NCBI GenBank assembly: GCA_002269645.1
Contig: NIVC01000356.1
Location: 124,001 to 188,000 of the forward strand
Direction of reading: 5' to 3'
DNA length: 64,000 nt
Source: Macrostomum lignano
Lineage: Eukaryota
How positions within the stretch are numbered: position 1 is the stretch's first letter; each line of letters begins with the position of its first letter. Shown here piece by piece: positions 49,831-62,716 of the stretch. The notes under the pieces were generated by a model. It was not told the origin of the DNA and did not search any database. It saw only the letters and a program-made list of their open reading frames with translations. The position numbers and the translations under genes were made by a program.

Positions 49831-50524
49831 TCTACCTATAGTGAAAAATCGAAACGAATAACATTTATCAAATTAGTAGTTAGCCACTGTATGGTTGATA
49901 CAATTTAATGTCTCTGTGTTTTGCTCTCTGTTAGTGTCGCTGTTAGTATTGCTAAAGTTTTGCAGACAATATGGACTTTGAAGTGTGAGGAACATGAGGA
50001 AAAACGTTAGCAGATGCCTCGCTAATTATCATCATCGCTCTGAGAGCGTATAGCGTTTCTTGTTTTTTCATCCATAATGCATTAATTTTGGCGTTTCGGT
50101 TTCGCATTGCAGCCCGAAAAGCAAGCGGTTGCTTATTATATGCTGATTAAATTGACGGTGCAAGGCCGATCAATAACCAGCACTAAGCATTGGCGCTGTG
50201 AAATTCGAAAAAAATATATATTTAATTTTAACGAAAAGACAAAAAACTTGACCTTTGGTTTTATTTCCTTTAACTTTTGTCTTTACTTAATAAATTTTGT
50301 TTACCTAGTTAATTACTCATTAATTATAGACGGCTTAAGAAGGACGGGAGGCTTCGTTTCTAAGAAAATCTTTAACAAAAGGCCGGCTTTACGCAAAATT
50401 ACACCGCAGAGATAGAAATTTATCCTTTTAAGTATATGGATTAGCGTCAAAAATGACAAGATAATAATATTGAATTATTTAATATTTTAATATTTAATAT
50501 TTAATAATAATATTTAGGTTTCTG

Positions 50525-50765
50525 TTTTGCTAGGTTTAGGGTTTGGCTTGGATTTGGCATGGGTTTTGCTTGGGTTTGGCTTGGCTTGGATTTGGCTTGG
50601 ATTTGGCTTGGCTTGGATTTGGCTTGGCTTGGATTTGGCTTGGGTTTTGCTTGGGTTTGGCTTGGCTTGGATTTGGTTTGGCTTGGCTTGGGTTTGGCTT
50701 GGATTTGGTTTGGGCTTGGGTTTGGCTTGGCTTGGGTTTGGATTTGGTTTGGGCTTGGGTTTGGC
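50525..50765. repeat. Compound TTGGC/TTGGAT/TTGGGT simple repeat ~180 bp upstream of the CRMP ATG
   Basis: Read directly. Confidence 0.9.
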
Positions 50766-50946
50766 GGTCTTTAAGTTTTCTAAGAAACGGTGTTTCCTGC
50801 CCACTTAAGTCGGCAGTGTAGAAATCATTTAAATAGCGCTGCTAATGATTTTAATAGTATTTTGTTTATATAAATATGGCTAATATATAACGGCAGCCCG
50901 CTACAAACTTGAAAATTCATGATCTTATTCAACTATTTTTAAAGCA

Positions 50947-53900
50947 ATGAACGACTCTAAGGTTCAGGTAGGCATTAAGAAGGTGCCGTTGCACCTGCAG
51001 TCCGCACAGAATCGATTGCTAATCAAAGGAGGCCGAATCGTCAACGACGACGGCGTACTGGATGCCGATGTGTACATTGAGGATGGCCTCATCAAGCAGG
51101 TCGGCTGCGGCCTCATGACACCTGGCGGCGTGCGGGTCATCGACGCTGCTGGCATGCTGGTGATGCCAGGCAAGTTCGGCTTGGCCCTCATCACTTATGA
51201 CATGTCTGACCCACTCTGCCAATCTGACCCACTCTGCCAATCTGACCCAATTCTCCTTCTAGACTATCCTGACCCATCTCGGGCTTTCCTGACCCATCTC
51301 GGACTGTCCTGACTTACCCATCGCAGGCTATCCTGACCCATCTCGGGCTATCCTGACCCATCTCGGACTGTCCTGACTTACCCATCGCAGGCTATCCTGA
51401 CCCATCTCGGGCTATCCTGACCCATCTCGGACTGTCCTGACCCACCCATCGCAGGCTATTCTGACCCATCTCAGGCTATCCTGACCCATCTCAGGCTATC
51501 CTGACCCATCTCCGGCTACCCTGACCCATCTCGGGCTATCCTGACCCATCTCGGGCTATCCTGACCCATCTCGGGCTCTCGGGCTATCCTGACCTATCTC
51601 GGGCTCTCGGACAGTCCTGACCCACCCATCGCAGGCTATCCTGACCCATCTCAGGCTATCCTGACCCATTTCGGCCTCTCGGGCTATCCTGACCCACCTT
51701 AACTATCCTTACCTACTCGCTGCAGGCGGCATAGACGCGCACACCCGATTTCAAATGCCGTTCATGGGCATCCAATCGGCCGATGATTTCTACACCGGAA
51801 CCCGAGCCGCTCTGGCCGGCGGCACAACCACCGTGATCGACACCGTGGCCTGCGAGCGCGACGCCTCCATGGTGGACTGGTTCAATCGCTATCGGGCCTG
51901 GGCTGACGAAAAGGCCTGCTGCGACTACGGCCTGCGCGTGGTTGTGCCGCAGTGGTCCGGCCAGAAGACCGCCGACGAGATGGCCGCCCTGGTGAAAGAG
52001 CACGGCGTCAATGCTTTCCACTGCCACATGTCGTATCCGGGCGTCTGGCTGCTAGAAGACGACGAATTGTTGAGCGTCTTCGAGACCTGCCGCAGGCTGG
52101 GCGCTCTTGCCCAGGTGCACGCCGAGAATGGCAAGGTGAGGGAGATTGTTCCATTTGGAAGGGCAGACAGGTGTACATAAGCAAGACATGTGTAAATAAT
52201 TGATAGACAGGTGCACATAAGCAAGACATGTGTAAATAATTGATAGACAGGTGTACATAAGCGATAGACGTGTAAATAATTGATAGACAGGTGTACATAA
52301 GCAAGACATGTGTAAATAATTGATAGACAGGTGTACATAAGCGATAGACATGTGCAAATAATTGATAGACAGGTGTACATAAGCGATAGACAGGTGTAAA
52401 TAATTGATAGCTGTACATAAGCGATAGACAGGTGTATGTACATAAGCGATAGACATGTGTACGTATGTGTTAGACAGGTGTACATTGGTGACAGACAGGT
52501 GTGCATAAGCGATAGACATATGCGATAGACTGGCGTACATAGTCAACGGACAAGGGTAGACCAGGGTGTTAAGGGTCGAGATTATGACAGGTGCAGGCCG
52601 CTGTCAGGTGCAGGCATACAGATCAGGCAGGTGCAGGCATACAGATCAGGCAGGTGCAGGCATACAGATCAGGCAGGTGCAGGCATACAGATCAGACCAG
52701 TTAACATAACACTACACGCAGGTAATCGAGCGCAAAGCTGACCAGCTGATGTCGCAGGGCATCTACGGTCCTGAGGGCCATGCCTATTCCCGGCCGGAGC
52801 GAATGGAAGTTGAAGCCACTGTACGCGCCCTGTGCATAGCCGATGCAGCTAATTGCCCGCTGTACGTGCTGCCCGTGACCAGCCCTGAAGCTGCCGACGC
52901 CATCGCTTGCGCCAGGCGCACCACCGGGCAGGCCTGCTTCGGCGAGCTCAGCCCGGCCGCTCTGGCCTGCGACGATTCCGTCTACCAGGTAAGATTGAGC
53001 CAATGCGCCCGGCCAAAACCCGTTGAAAGCGTTACCGTGACAATAATCGCTAAAAATTCATTGCAAACAACTCTCTTATGACTCTTGTGACTCTTTAATT
53101 ACTCAGACGCGTCACGTGCGACAGAGAGGCGACTGGTGCGTCACCTGAGTTGCAGAATCGTAAAAAAGAGTCGCAAAAAAGTCGTCCAAGAACCGTTATG
53201 TTGTTGTTGGCGCCTATCTTTCGCTAGAGATGTGACTCTAATTCATCAAGCAACGTAGATGCGCTTCACACACAACTCAAGTGATTCTGCAGCGAATCTA
53301 AAACGCCTCAAACACGACTCTAAGGCCTCGTCGTTTTAGAGTCTTCTAGAGTCACATATTTTTCTACTTTACCCGTGTTACCTGTAACAACTCTGGGGCG
53401 CTTCTTGGCCTTGGGTACCGTTTTCATCAAGAAGACCCAGCACGCAGTCTCGTGTTAGATATGTTCTCAGTCCGTCAGGAATTCATGCTGCTGACAATTA
53501 AAGGCACACTTTCGATGTGAGGCGATCAGTTATTACTGAAAGTCTGGGAGCAATGCCTGGCACAATGCCCTCGGCGACATCGTCCCACAATCTGCGCTGG
53601 TGGCATTTGTGTCCATTCCACTGACTCCTGAGCGCATAATAGCTCGCCAATACTGTACGCAGGCACAGCAATCATAAACACGCTCACTCAGGGTGTACAG
53701 CGGCTCCTGACTTTCTAATGGTCAGGCATGTACAGTCTGCGATTTGGATCTGCATCCCATACAGTCGCTTCTCTACCCCAACCCACGCCGCAGCACCCCT
53801 CTTGGTGCTTCGCCGCCGGTCACGTGACCAACCCCCCGCTGCGCGACGCGTCAGCCAAAGCCGCTTTAGCCGCCCGGCTAGGCGGCCTGAACTGCGGCCA

Positions 53901-56900
53901 GCCTTTGGCCGTGTGCGCCAGCGGCCACTGCGCCTACAAATCCGAGCAGCGAGCGCTCGGCCGCGACGATTTCCGCAAAATCCCGCCCGGCATCAACGGC
54001 GTGGAGGACCGGCTGAGTGTCGTCTGGGAGACCTGCGTCGAAACTGGCGCCATCGACCCCTGCCAGTTCGTGGCCGTGACCTCCGCCAACGCCGCCAAGC
54101 TGTTCAACATCTACCCGCAGAAAGGCCGCATCGCCGTTGGCAGCGATGCTGACGTCATTGTGTGGAATCCCGCCATCTCCCGGTGAGTGCTGCCTGTTGC
54201 TGCTCATCTCCCGTAAGCTTCTTTTCATTTTGTGCAGTTGTCCGCTCTGAGTCTGAACAATCTATCTACCCTGCGTCTATCTGTACCCTGCATCCATCTG
54301 TACCCTGCATCCATCTGTACCCTGCGTCTATCTGTACCCTGCATCCATCTGTACCCTGCATCTATCTGTACCCTGCATCTATCTGTACCTGCGTCTATAT
54401 GTACCCTGCATCTATCTGTACCCTGCATCTATCTGTACCCTGCGTTTATCTGTACCCTGCATCTATCTGTACCCTGCGTCTATATATACCCTGCATCCAT
54501 CTGTACCCTGCATCTATCTGTACCCTGCATCAATCTGTACCCTGCGTCTATATGTACCTGCATCAATCTGTACCCTGCGTATATATGTACCCTGCATCCA
54601 TCTGTACCCTGCATCTATCTGTACCCTGCGTCTATATGTACCCTGCATCTATCTGTACCCTGCATCCATCTGTACCCTGCGTCTATATGTACCCTGCATC
54701 AATCTGTACCCTGCGTATATATGTACCCTGCATCCATCTGTACCCTGCATCTATCTGTACCCTGCGTCTATATGTACCCTGCATCTATCTGTACCCTGCA
54801 TCCATCTGTACCCTGCATCCATCTGTACCCTGCATCTATCTGTACCCTGCATCCATCTGTACCCTGCATCTATCTGTATCCTGCATCCATCTGTACCCTG
54901 CATCTATCTGTATCCTGCATCTATTTGTACCCTGCATCCATCTGTACCCTGCATCCATCAACCCTGCATCTATCTGTACCCTCATCTATCTACCCTGCAT
55001 CCATCTGTACCCTGCATCCATCAACCCTGCATCTATCTGTACCCTCATCTATCTACCCTGCATCCATCTGTACCCTCATCTATCTACCCTGCATCCATCT
55101 GTACCCTGCATCCATCAACCCTGCATCTATCTGTACCCTCATCTATCTACCCTGCATCCATCTGTACCCCGCATCTATCTACCCTGCATCCATCTGTACC
55201 CTGCATCCATCAACCCTGCATCCATCTGTACCCTCATCTATCTACCCTGCATCCATCTGTACCCTCATCTATCTACCCTGCATCCATCTGTACCCTGCAT
55301 CCATCAACCCTGCATCTATCTGTACCCTCATCTATCTACCCTGCATCCATCTGTACCCCGCATCTATCTACCCTGCATCTATCTGTACCATGCATCTACC
55401 TGTACCCCTCATCTAAGCACAATTCGAACATTTGCATATATATTTGCTTACTATGAAAAATCCAGAGCATGATATGGCATTAAGGGTAAGTGCTTGCATT
55501 TATACTATCATAATATTAGACTAGCTAAATTAATAGACACAAGATTAGCACTTTTTAATGCAGGATGAGTGTTGCTGTTGACGTGTGACTCTACTGCTGA
55601 AAAAGCATTCGATCTTTTTATATTTGGTGCAAGCGTCGTTACTCTTGGTGTAGCAGCTTTTCAAATTCATTTTCTCAATCATATTTTCATTCTTGTTGCT
55701 CCTTTTTTGGAACTGCTTTAAAATCAAATCCTTACAAATTGAATTTAACTTGAAATGGATAACTGGATTTCAAAATAAAAATCCGGAAATTACGAGACTG
55801 GCGTTATAACAAAGTATTTATTATTTAACAAAATATGTACCTCATTTACCCCAAGGACCATCTCGGTCAAGGCGCACCACGAGGCCAGCGATTTCAGCGT
55901 ATTCGACGGCTTCGCCTGCCACGGCGCCCCCGAGTTTGTCATCAGCGGCGGCCGTCTGGCCGTTGACGAGCGGCAGCTGCGCGTCACCCAGGGCGTCGGC
56001 CGTTTCGTCTCGATGCCGCCGTTCGGCATGCACGCCTATGGCCGGGTGGATCGGCGGGAGCGGGCCAAGGCCGCCAGCCAGCTGCCCGTGACCAGGGCTG
56101 CCTATGATGGACCGGTGGTTGAGCTCAAGTCCGACCAGGTGAGACTGCTGCCAGGGATTCGCTCTGTGTAACACCAGGGATTGGCTCTGTGTAACACCAG
56201 GGATTGACTATGTGTAACACCAGGGATTGATTCTGTGTAACATCAGGGATTGATTCTGTGTAACACCAGGGATTGGCTCTGTAACACCAGGGATTGATTC
56301 TGTAACACCAGGGATTGATTCTGTGTAACATCAGGGATTGGCTCTGTAACACCAGGGATTGACTCTGTGTAACACCAGGGATTGGCTCTGTAACACCAGG
56401 GATTGACTCTGTAACACCAGGGATTGACTATGTGTAACACCAGGGATTGATTCTGTGTAACACCAGGGATTGACTCTGTGTAACACCAGGGATTGGCTCT
56501 GTAACACCAGGGATTGGCTATGTAACACCAGGGATTGATTCTGTGTAACATCAGGGATTGATTCTGTGTAACACCAGGGATTGGCTCTGTGTAACACCAG
56601 GGATTGACTATGTGTAACACCAGGGATTGGCTCTGTAACACCAGGGATTGACTCTGTGTAACACCAGGGATTGGCTCTGTAACACCAGGGATTGACTATG
56701 TGTAACACCAGGGATTGGCTCTGTAACACCAGGGATTGGCTCTGTAACACCAGGGATTGGCTCTGTAACACCAGGGATTGACTATTTGTAACACCAGGGA
56801 TTGATTCTGTGTAACATCAGGGATTGGCTCTGTGTAACATCAGGGATTGATTCTGTGTAACACCAGGGATTGATTCTGTGTAACATCAGGGATTGGCTCT

Positions 56901-57496
56901 GTGTAACATCAGGGATTGATTCTGTGTAACACCAGGGATTGGCTCTGTGTAACACCAGGGATTGACTATGTGTAACACCAGGGATTGGCTCTGTAACACC
57001 AGGGATTGGCTCTGTGTAACACCAGGGATTGATTCTGTGTAACACCAGGGATTGATTCTGTGTAACACCAGGGATTGGCTCTGTAACACCAAGGATTGGC
57101 TCTCTGACTCTGAATGTCTTAATTGATTCTATAATAACTAGATTTAATCTGTAATAGCTTGACTGGTTCTGTTCTGTAGTGTCTAAATTGATTATGTAAT
57201 GTCGGGCTGCATTTCGGATCTGTTTATTGCAAGCCTGAACTCACCTAGCCAGGTTCAATAACCCACCGCCCAACCTCCTCTCGCCTCGATCTCAGGCCTC
57301 CGCCCCAACGCGACCGTCGAACCCCATCGTGCATGACGACTTCCGTCAGCGCCCGCCAACCCGCGGCGGCGGCCGGGACATGCAGGAGAGCTCCTTCAGC
57401 CTGTCCGGCGCTCAATTCGACGATAAGCGACCGTCCAAGTCGGGCATTCGCACCAACCAGCCGCCAGGCGGGGCCAGCTCTGGTAGTCTCTGGTAG
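50947..57496 (+). CDS. CRMP: Dihydropyrimidinase-related protein (CRMP/UNC-33-like, predicted non-catalytic), 590 aa; join(50947..51169,51726..52135,52722..52988,53794..54182,55856..56138,57296..57496)
   Basis: KKVPLHLQSAQNRLLIKGGRIVNDD, PGGIDAHT, AALAGGTTTVID, VHAENG, GPEGH..SRP, IPPGINGVEDRLSV, AAKLFNIYPQKGRIAVGSDAD, and C-terminal ESSFSLSG...PPGG. 1773 nt in frame. Confidence 0.93.
51205..51700. repeat. ~20-bp minisatellite (ctatcctgacccatctcggg) filling CRMP intron 1
   Basis: Tandem imperfect units. Confidence 0.9.
52165..52700. repeat. 40-bp (gacaggtgtacataagc...taattgata) then 23-bp (aggtgcaggcatacagatcaggc) minisatellites in CRMP intron 2
   Basis: Tandem units read directly. Confidence 0.9.
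54262..55410. repeat. 17-bp minisatellite (ctgtaccctgcatctat) in CRMP intron 4
   Basis: Tandem imperfect units. Confidence 0.95.
56148..57105. repeat. 21-23-bp minisatellite (gtaacaccagggattggctct[gt]) in CRMP intron 5
   Basis: Tandem units starting ~10 bp after the donor. Confidence 0.95.
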
Positions 57497-58516
57497 CCTG
57501 GCGGGCCATGGACTGCTAGCTAGTTAAGTGACACCTGGATTGGTGACAGCTTTTTCTCATAATTAGTGTTTTTAACGCGCATGTCGCTTGATTGCCGTGT
57601 TTTTTTCTTGCGTTTTCTGTGTTTTTTATCAAGGACAAAGCTTTGTTTCTAAGAAAGTTTTGAAGGCTGGAATCAATGTGTCACGTTTACTAATACCTTT
57701 AATTTTATTTATTTGATTTCTATTTACATTTGCAATCTCTGCAATACATTTATGATTGATATTATTAAGATGAGTAATGAAGGCTCGCAAGGATACTCGG
57801 AAAAAACTAGTTGAAGTTTTATACTATTATGATTTTTATGATCGGTTTTAAGTCATAAATACATATTTTAGTGGTATTCAAGCGCCTATTGCGGAACTTT
57901 TTTGTTTTTTTTAGTTTATTTAAAATTGTAACTGTTATAATCGCTTATTAGCTACTGATGTAGTAGTGTTTATGGTCATCATATTTACATTTAGTTATTT
58001 ATTTAGTTATTTGCTAGTTTTGGCTTGTCCATGACGGGCTGAATAAATGTTATTTATAATTTATTGCTGTTATTTCAGCCGGTTAGCGTTAATTATGATT
58101 TACTACCTGCCCTGGTACGAGTAATTTTTCTTTACAATAGCAATCGCGTGAAGATCAACACAGTGTTTTTGCCCGCTATAGTCTTTTTGGTTTAGTCCTC
58201 TTTTTTATTTCACTTTTTAATGCTTTTTTATTTGAGAATCTCAATCAAGCTGAATATTGATACAGTACCGTATGAGTCTGTCTTGAGCGCATGTGAAGAT
58301 AGACGAAGGTTTTCCTTCCATATATTGCTAGTAATTAATATAAACATACATATATATATATAATTGCGGTTATGATTGTGCTGCATTGTTACCCTTGCAA
58401 TCCTTTTTTATTTGGCTTTTAAGCGCACATGACAGCTTGAAATGGATATTCCGGACCTGTGTTCAATTATTTAATTCCAAGTTCTGTAGCTGTTCAAGTC
58501 CTGACTGTAGGAATGA

Positions 58517-58799
58517 ATTTTTTATTAGAGGCTGGAGGGCTCGTGCGCCCAGGCGCACTTCAAGCGACATTGTCACACAACCGGCGAGAGGCATTGCTGC
58601 CGGCCATTCCGCCGACTCCCCTGAGCAGGCACACAAGCGCGCGGATACGTACGCAGTCATACGCACAGACACACTCACACAGGAGTGTACAGCGGCCCTA
58701 ACTTTATTTATCGTTAGTCATGTACACCTCACTGTGCCTTCGAGCCTAGGCTGCTGGCACATCAGAGAGTCGCGCCAGACCACTGGGCTGCGGCCCCCC
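58517..58799 (-). mobile_element. tRNA-derived SINE family 1, internally deleted third copy
   Basis: Reverse complement reads ggggggccgcagcccagtggtctggcg...ctaggctcga, jumps to aggcacagtgaggtgtacat, and ends ctaataaaaaa. Confidence 0.8.
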
Positions 58800-59107
58800 A
58801 CTAGGACCACTTGAGCAAATCTAAATAAATGATTCCAGGTGAAGTTCACGACGCGTTTCGCACTCTTAGGTGCAGCGTTAGGTTGAAGCGAAAAAGTAAA
58901 CAAAAACAACAAATACATATTTAGAATTTTGGATGTGGCTAAAAGAGATTGTGAGTAAATATTTTGTATTCACAGTCAGATTTGGCTGCTGATAGTCCAT
59001 AGCCACACAATTGCCAGCTCTGGATGAGCGGAAGACTACAACAGATCATAGGCGTAGGAATGAGGGGGGCCAGTGAGGCCTTTTTAAAATGGAGGGGGGC
59101 AGTAATG

Positions 59108-60806
59108 GGGTCTACGACAATTGACTGCCACAATTTGACTGCGGTCAATTTGACTGCGGACAATTCGACTGCCGAGCAATTTGACTGCCGACAAAATGAC
59201 TGCGAACAAAATGACTGCGGACAAAATGACTGCGAACAAAATGACTGCGGACAAAATGACTGCGAACAAAATGACTGCGGACAAAATGACTGCCGACAAT
59301 TTGACTGCGGACAAAATGACTGCGAACAAAATGACTGCGGACAAAATGACTGCCGACAATTTGACTGCGGACAAAATGACTGCCGACAAAATGACTGCCG
59401 ACAAAATGACTGCAGAAATTTGACTGCCGACAAAATGACTGCGGCAATTTGACTGCCGAGCAATATGACTGCGGTAATTTGACTGCCGAGCAATATGACT
59501 GCGGACAATTTGACTGCCGAGCAATTTGACTGCCAGCGAAATGACTGCCGGAAAAATGATGCTCCTAAAGTTTAGCACTCTGTCAACCCTTTTAAGTCTA
59601 TGCATGTAGTGAAATATTGTATTTACGAGCTAGAATGATGCAGAACAGAACACTACCTTTATACAACAAGCTGTAACAGCTGTTGAAACCCGCGGATTTT
59701 GAACAGTGGGAAATGGGAATTCCAATCTTAGGAACTACTCTCGTATTTTGCATATATTCTAAAATCTGAAGTTAAACTCAAGCAAAAACTTTTATTATTA
59801 GAGTTAAACATACTGTAACATAGATTACATTCGTGTAAAATTAGGATTGGAGGCAAACTATTGATATTGTTGGCTGGGGTGCGGCGCAGAATGTCAGAAA
59901 AACTCTGGCCTCTACTTCTGCCTCTCGATCCCTATGTTCCTTGCATCCTTTGAACCTTCTATCTTCTCTTCTGTTTTCTCACTTCTCTCTCGTCTCTGCT
60001 CTCTCATCTCCCCTCTCTCATCTGTCATCTTTACTCTCTTATACTGGTATGTTCTCTCACCTCTCTCCTCTGTACTCTTCTCTTTCCCCTCTTTTGACTC
60101 CTCTCTTTCCTTTCTCCTTTCTTCCCTTTTCTTTTCTTCTCTTCTTTCTTCTATACTCTCTCCCTCTCTTGTCTTTTCTCTTCTCTCTCTGCGCTCTCCT
60201 CTCTCCTCTCATACATCGTGTTCACTCTCTGACTCTCATCTTTGCTCTCTCATCCCCCTCTCATCTTTACTTTTGAACTTTACTTTTACTTTTGATCCGT
60301 TTGAACATTCGTCATAACACATGCATGTATTGCTGAAAGGCATATGTAGCTTGTACGAGCTATCGTTACTCGTAAAGAACGAATTTTTAGTCCTGCATAA
60401 ATACGATCAATACATATATAAAGAGGGTGTACGTGTAGTATTTGAGGCAGTCAAATTGCTCGGCAGTCAAATTGTCCGCAGTCAAATTGACCGCAGTCAA
60501 ATTGCCGCAGTCATATTGCTCGGCAGTTAAATTGCCGCAGTCATTTTGCTGGCAGTCAAATTGCCGCAGTCATATTGTCGGCAGTCAAATTGCCGCAGTC
60601 ATATTGTCGGCAGTCAAATTGCCGCAGTCATATTGTCGGCAGTCAAATTGCCGCAGTCATATTGTCGGCAGTCAAATTGCCGCAGTCATATTGTCGGCAG
60701 TCAAATTGCCGCAGTCATATTGTCGGCAGTCAAATTTCTCCGCAGTCAAATTGTCCGCAGTCAAATTGACCGCAGTCAAATTGTGGCAGTCAATTGTCGT
60801 GCACCC
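59108..60806. mobile_element. 1.7-kb Foldback/Mutator-type element with long TIRs of 15-bp subrepeats (aaaatgactgcggac)
   Basis: Perfect 9-bp TSD GCAGTAATG (59099-59107, 60807-60815); ~50 bp near the ends are exact reverse complements. Confidence 0.9.
59678..60270 (+). mobile_element. Second, shorter copy of the CT-rich dispersed element, inside the foldback core
   Basis: Colinear homology with 3447-4450. Confidence 0.7.
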
Positions 60807-62716
60807 GCAGTAATGGTATCTGGCCCCTCCACATTTAAATGTAAAATGTATATTTCTTGCTTGTTTTTGGTATTTGCTGCTTTGCATGAATGCATTTTAC
60901 TGCAGGGCGACAAAACAGCACCTGCAGCTCCAAGATGTGTGCCTGCGGCGCTAAAATGAGTGCCTGCGGTGCTAAAATGAGTGCCTGCAGCTCCAGAATG
61001 AGTGCCTGCGGTGCTAAAATGAGTGCCTGCAGCTCCAGAATGAGTGCCTGCGGCGCTAAAATGAGTGCCTGCGGTGCTAAAATGAGTGCCTGCGGCGCTA
61101 AAATGAGTGCCTGCGGCGCTTTATAAAATGAGTGCTGACCAGACGGATTCTGAAAACAATCGGCACATGATAATGCGCAATTTTCCATATAAAACTGTAA
61201 CTCGACGGGGGCGTGCGCCCTGTGCACTTTTAAAGTAAAAAATAGACCCTAATTGAACATTGCCCACTGGCTATGGACTCCAGTGCATATGCCAAATCTT
61301 ATTGTACATACGATACGAATTATTACTGCTCACTGTCTTTGTCTCATCAGAAATTTTATATATACCTCATCTATATTCGTTGTCATTGTTTAATTTGTGC
61401 TCCTGCGAGCTAATAATAAACCTGACGATCATGCACCTATAGATTCTTCCGGCCAAATATCCAACTCAAGTTCAACATATAGCCATCTTAAGTGCATAAA
61501 ATTTCGTTGATGGCACGGCTCGACTCACTGATTTTATGAATCTACGAGTATGGTTGTTGGATCCAGTATAATTAATAATAACAGTATTAAAATTACCAAC
61601 GTTTTTTACCCGTGACGTTTTTCTTTTATTTTCCAGCTGACAAAATTTTGGAATTTTTTGCTTAAAAGTTTTTATGTCGGATTTTTATTAATCCTAAACG
61701 CAGTTTATTAGAGAAAGCACACTGCACCCGGAAATCCAATTTCTAGCAAAAGATATAACTAGAAAGTAATGTATTGCAATAGACGGTTGGACACATTTAA
61801 ACAAAATAATTGTTTGCTGCCAGCTAATGTTTTCTGCGTCTCTCTTTTAATATGTAGCTTTATGTTTGGTCACATGATAAATTCTATTTTTAGTAACTAT
61901 TCATATATGCACTTCAAAAATTCTAGTCTAAGCTGCCCTTAAGTCTGTATCTATGGCCAGGGACCTCTTTGGTTACTTGGATCAGAAGCCAACTCGCACG
62001 CTTCAGCGGAAAATTTCAAAGTTTCCCAGGTGTCTAAATAATTTCGTTTATTGGTCAAATGATGAATAGACACTGCTTCCAAGCCAGATTCTTAGAGGTC
62101 CATGGCCCGGCCTAGTCTACGCTCGTAACACGCTGCAGACTCGAACAATTTCGAGCCCTAAAGAAAAGAAATAAGGTAATGCTTATGAAAGCATTCAAGA
62201 TAAAATATTGAGCGCGAAACTGTGTTTAAGAGAGACAGATGCTTCAGCTGCGAGCCCTGTCCTTGTATTGTTCATCGGGCCGTACTGTGCGCAGCTTTGC
62301 AACCGCAGTACCTGCAGAACAGCAGTCGCACGGTTTTCTTTATGCATTTAGCTACTTAAGAAGATCCATGTAGCTGGAGCTTATCTGGTTAAATGCCTTG
62401 GTTAGAAGCAGTCTTATCAAGATTTAATACAATTTGCCAAGCCTTCTTGTGCTAAGCAACTTTGAACAGCGATTCCTTAGAGATTCAGAGTAGCCAAAAA
62501 TTAGTGAATTCTTTGTTCAACACAGAAAAGACCTGATTATTGGAGAGAACCCACAATGCCTGACAAAAAGGAAGATCATTCTGACGAAATCTCTAATGGT
62601 AAGTTGCAAGATGTGCAAAGCACATTCAAGCGGATGTCACTTTGTTATTGAACAAACAATATCGCCCCAAAACTTCAGACATTATTACTCAGCCGCCGCT
62701 GGCGAAAGAGCGAGAC

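Larger units (their letters stand above)
59047..61222 (+). mobile_element. MITE of the 21-bp-satellite family (approximate bounds), host of a nested foldback
   Basis: gggcgacaaaaca plus the aaaatgagtgcctgcggcgct array at 60905-61140 matches 23027-23200; the G-rich left part lies before 59108. Confidence 0.5.

Noticed and set aside
52989-53793. Possible mutually exclusive DHP-type exon in CRMP intron 3, as in Drosophila
   Set aside because: No plausible frame seen by eye, and ligand losses in exons 2-3 could not be rescued by it.
54162-57092. 400-aa Cys/His/Pro-rich ORFs inside CRMP
   Set aside because: Intronic 17-bp and 21-23-bp repeats translated in multiple frames.
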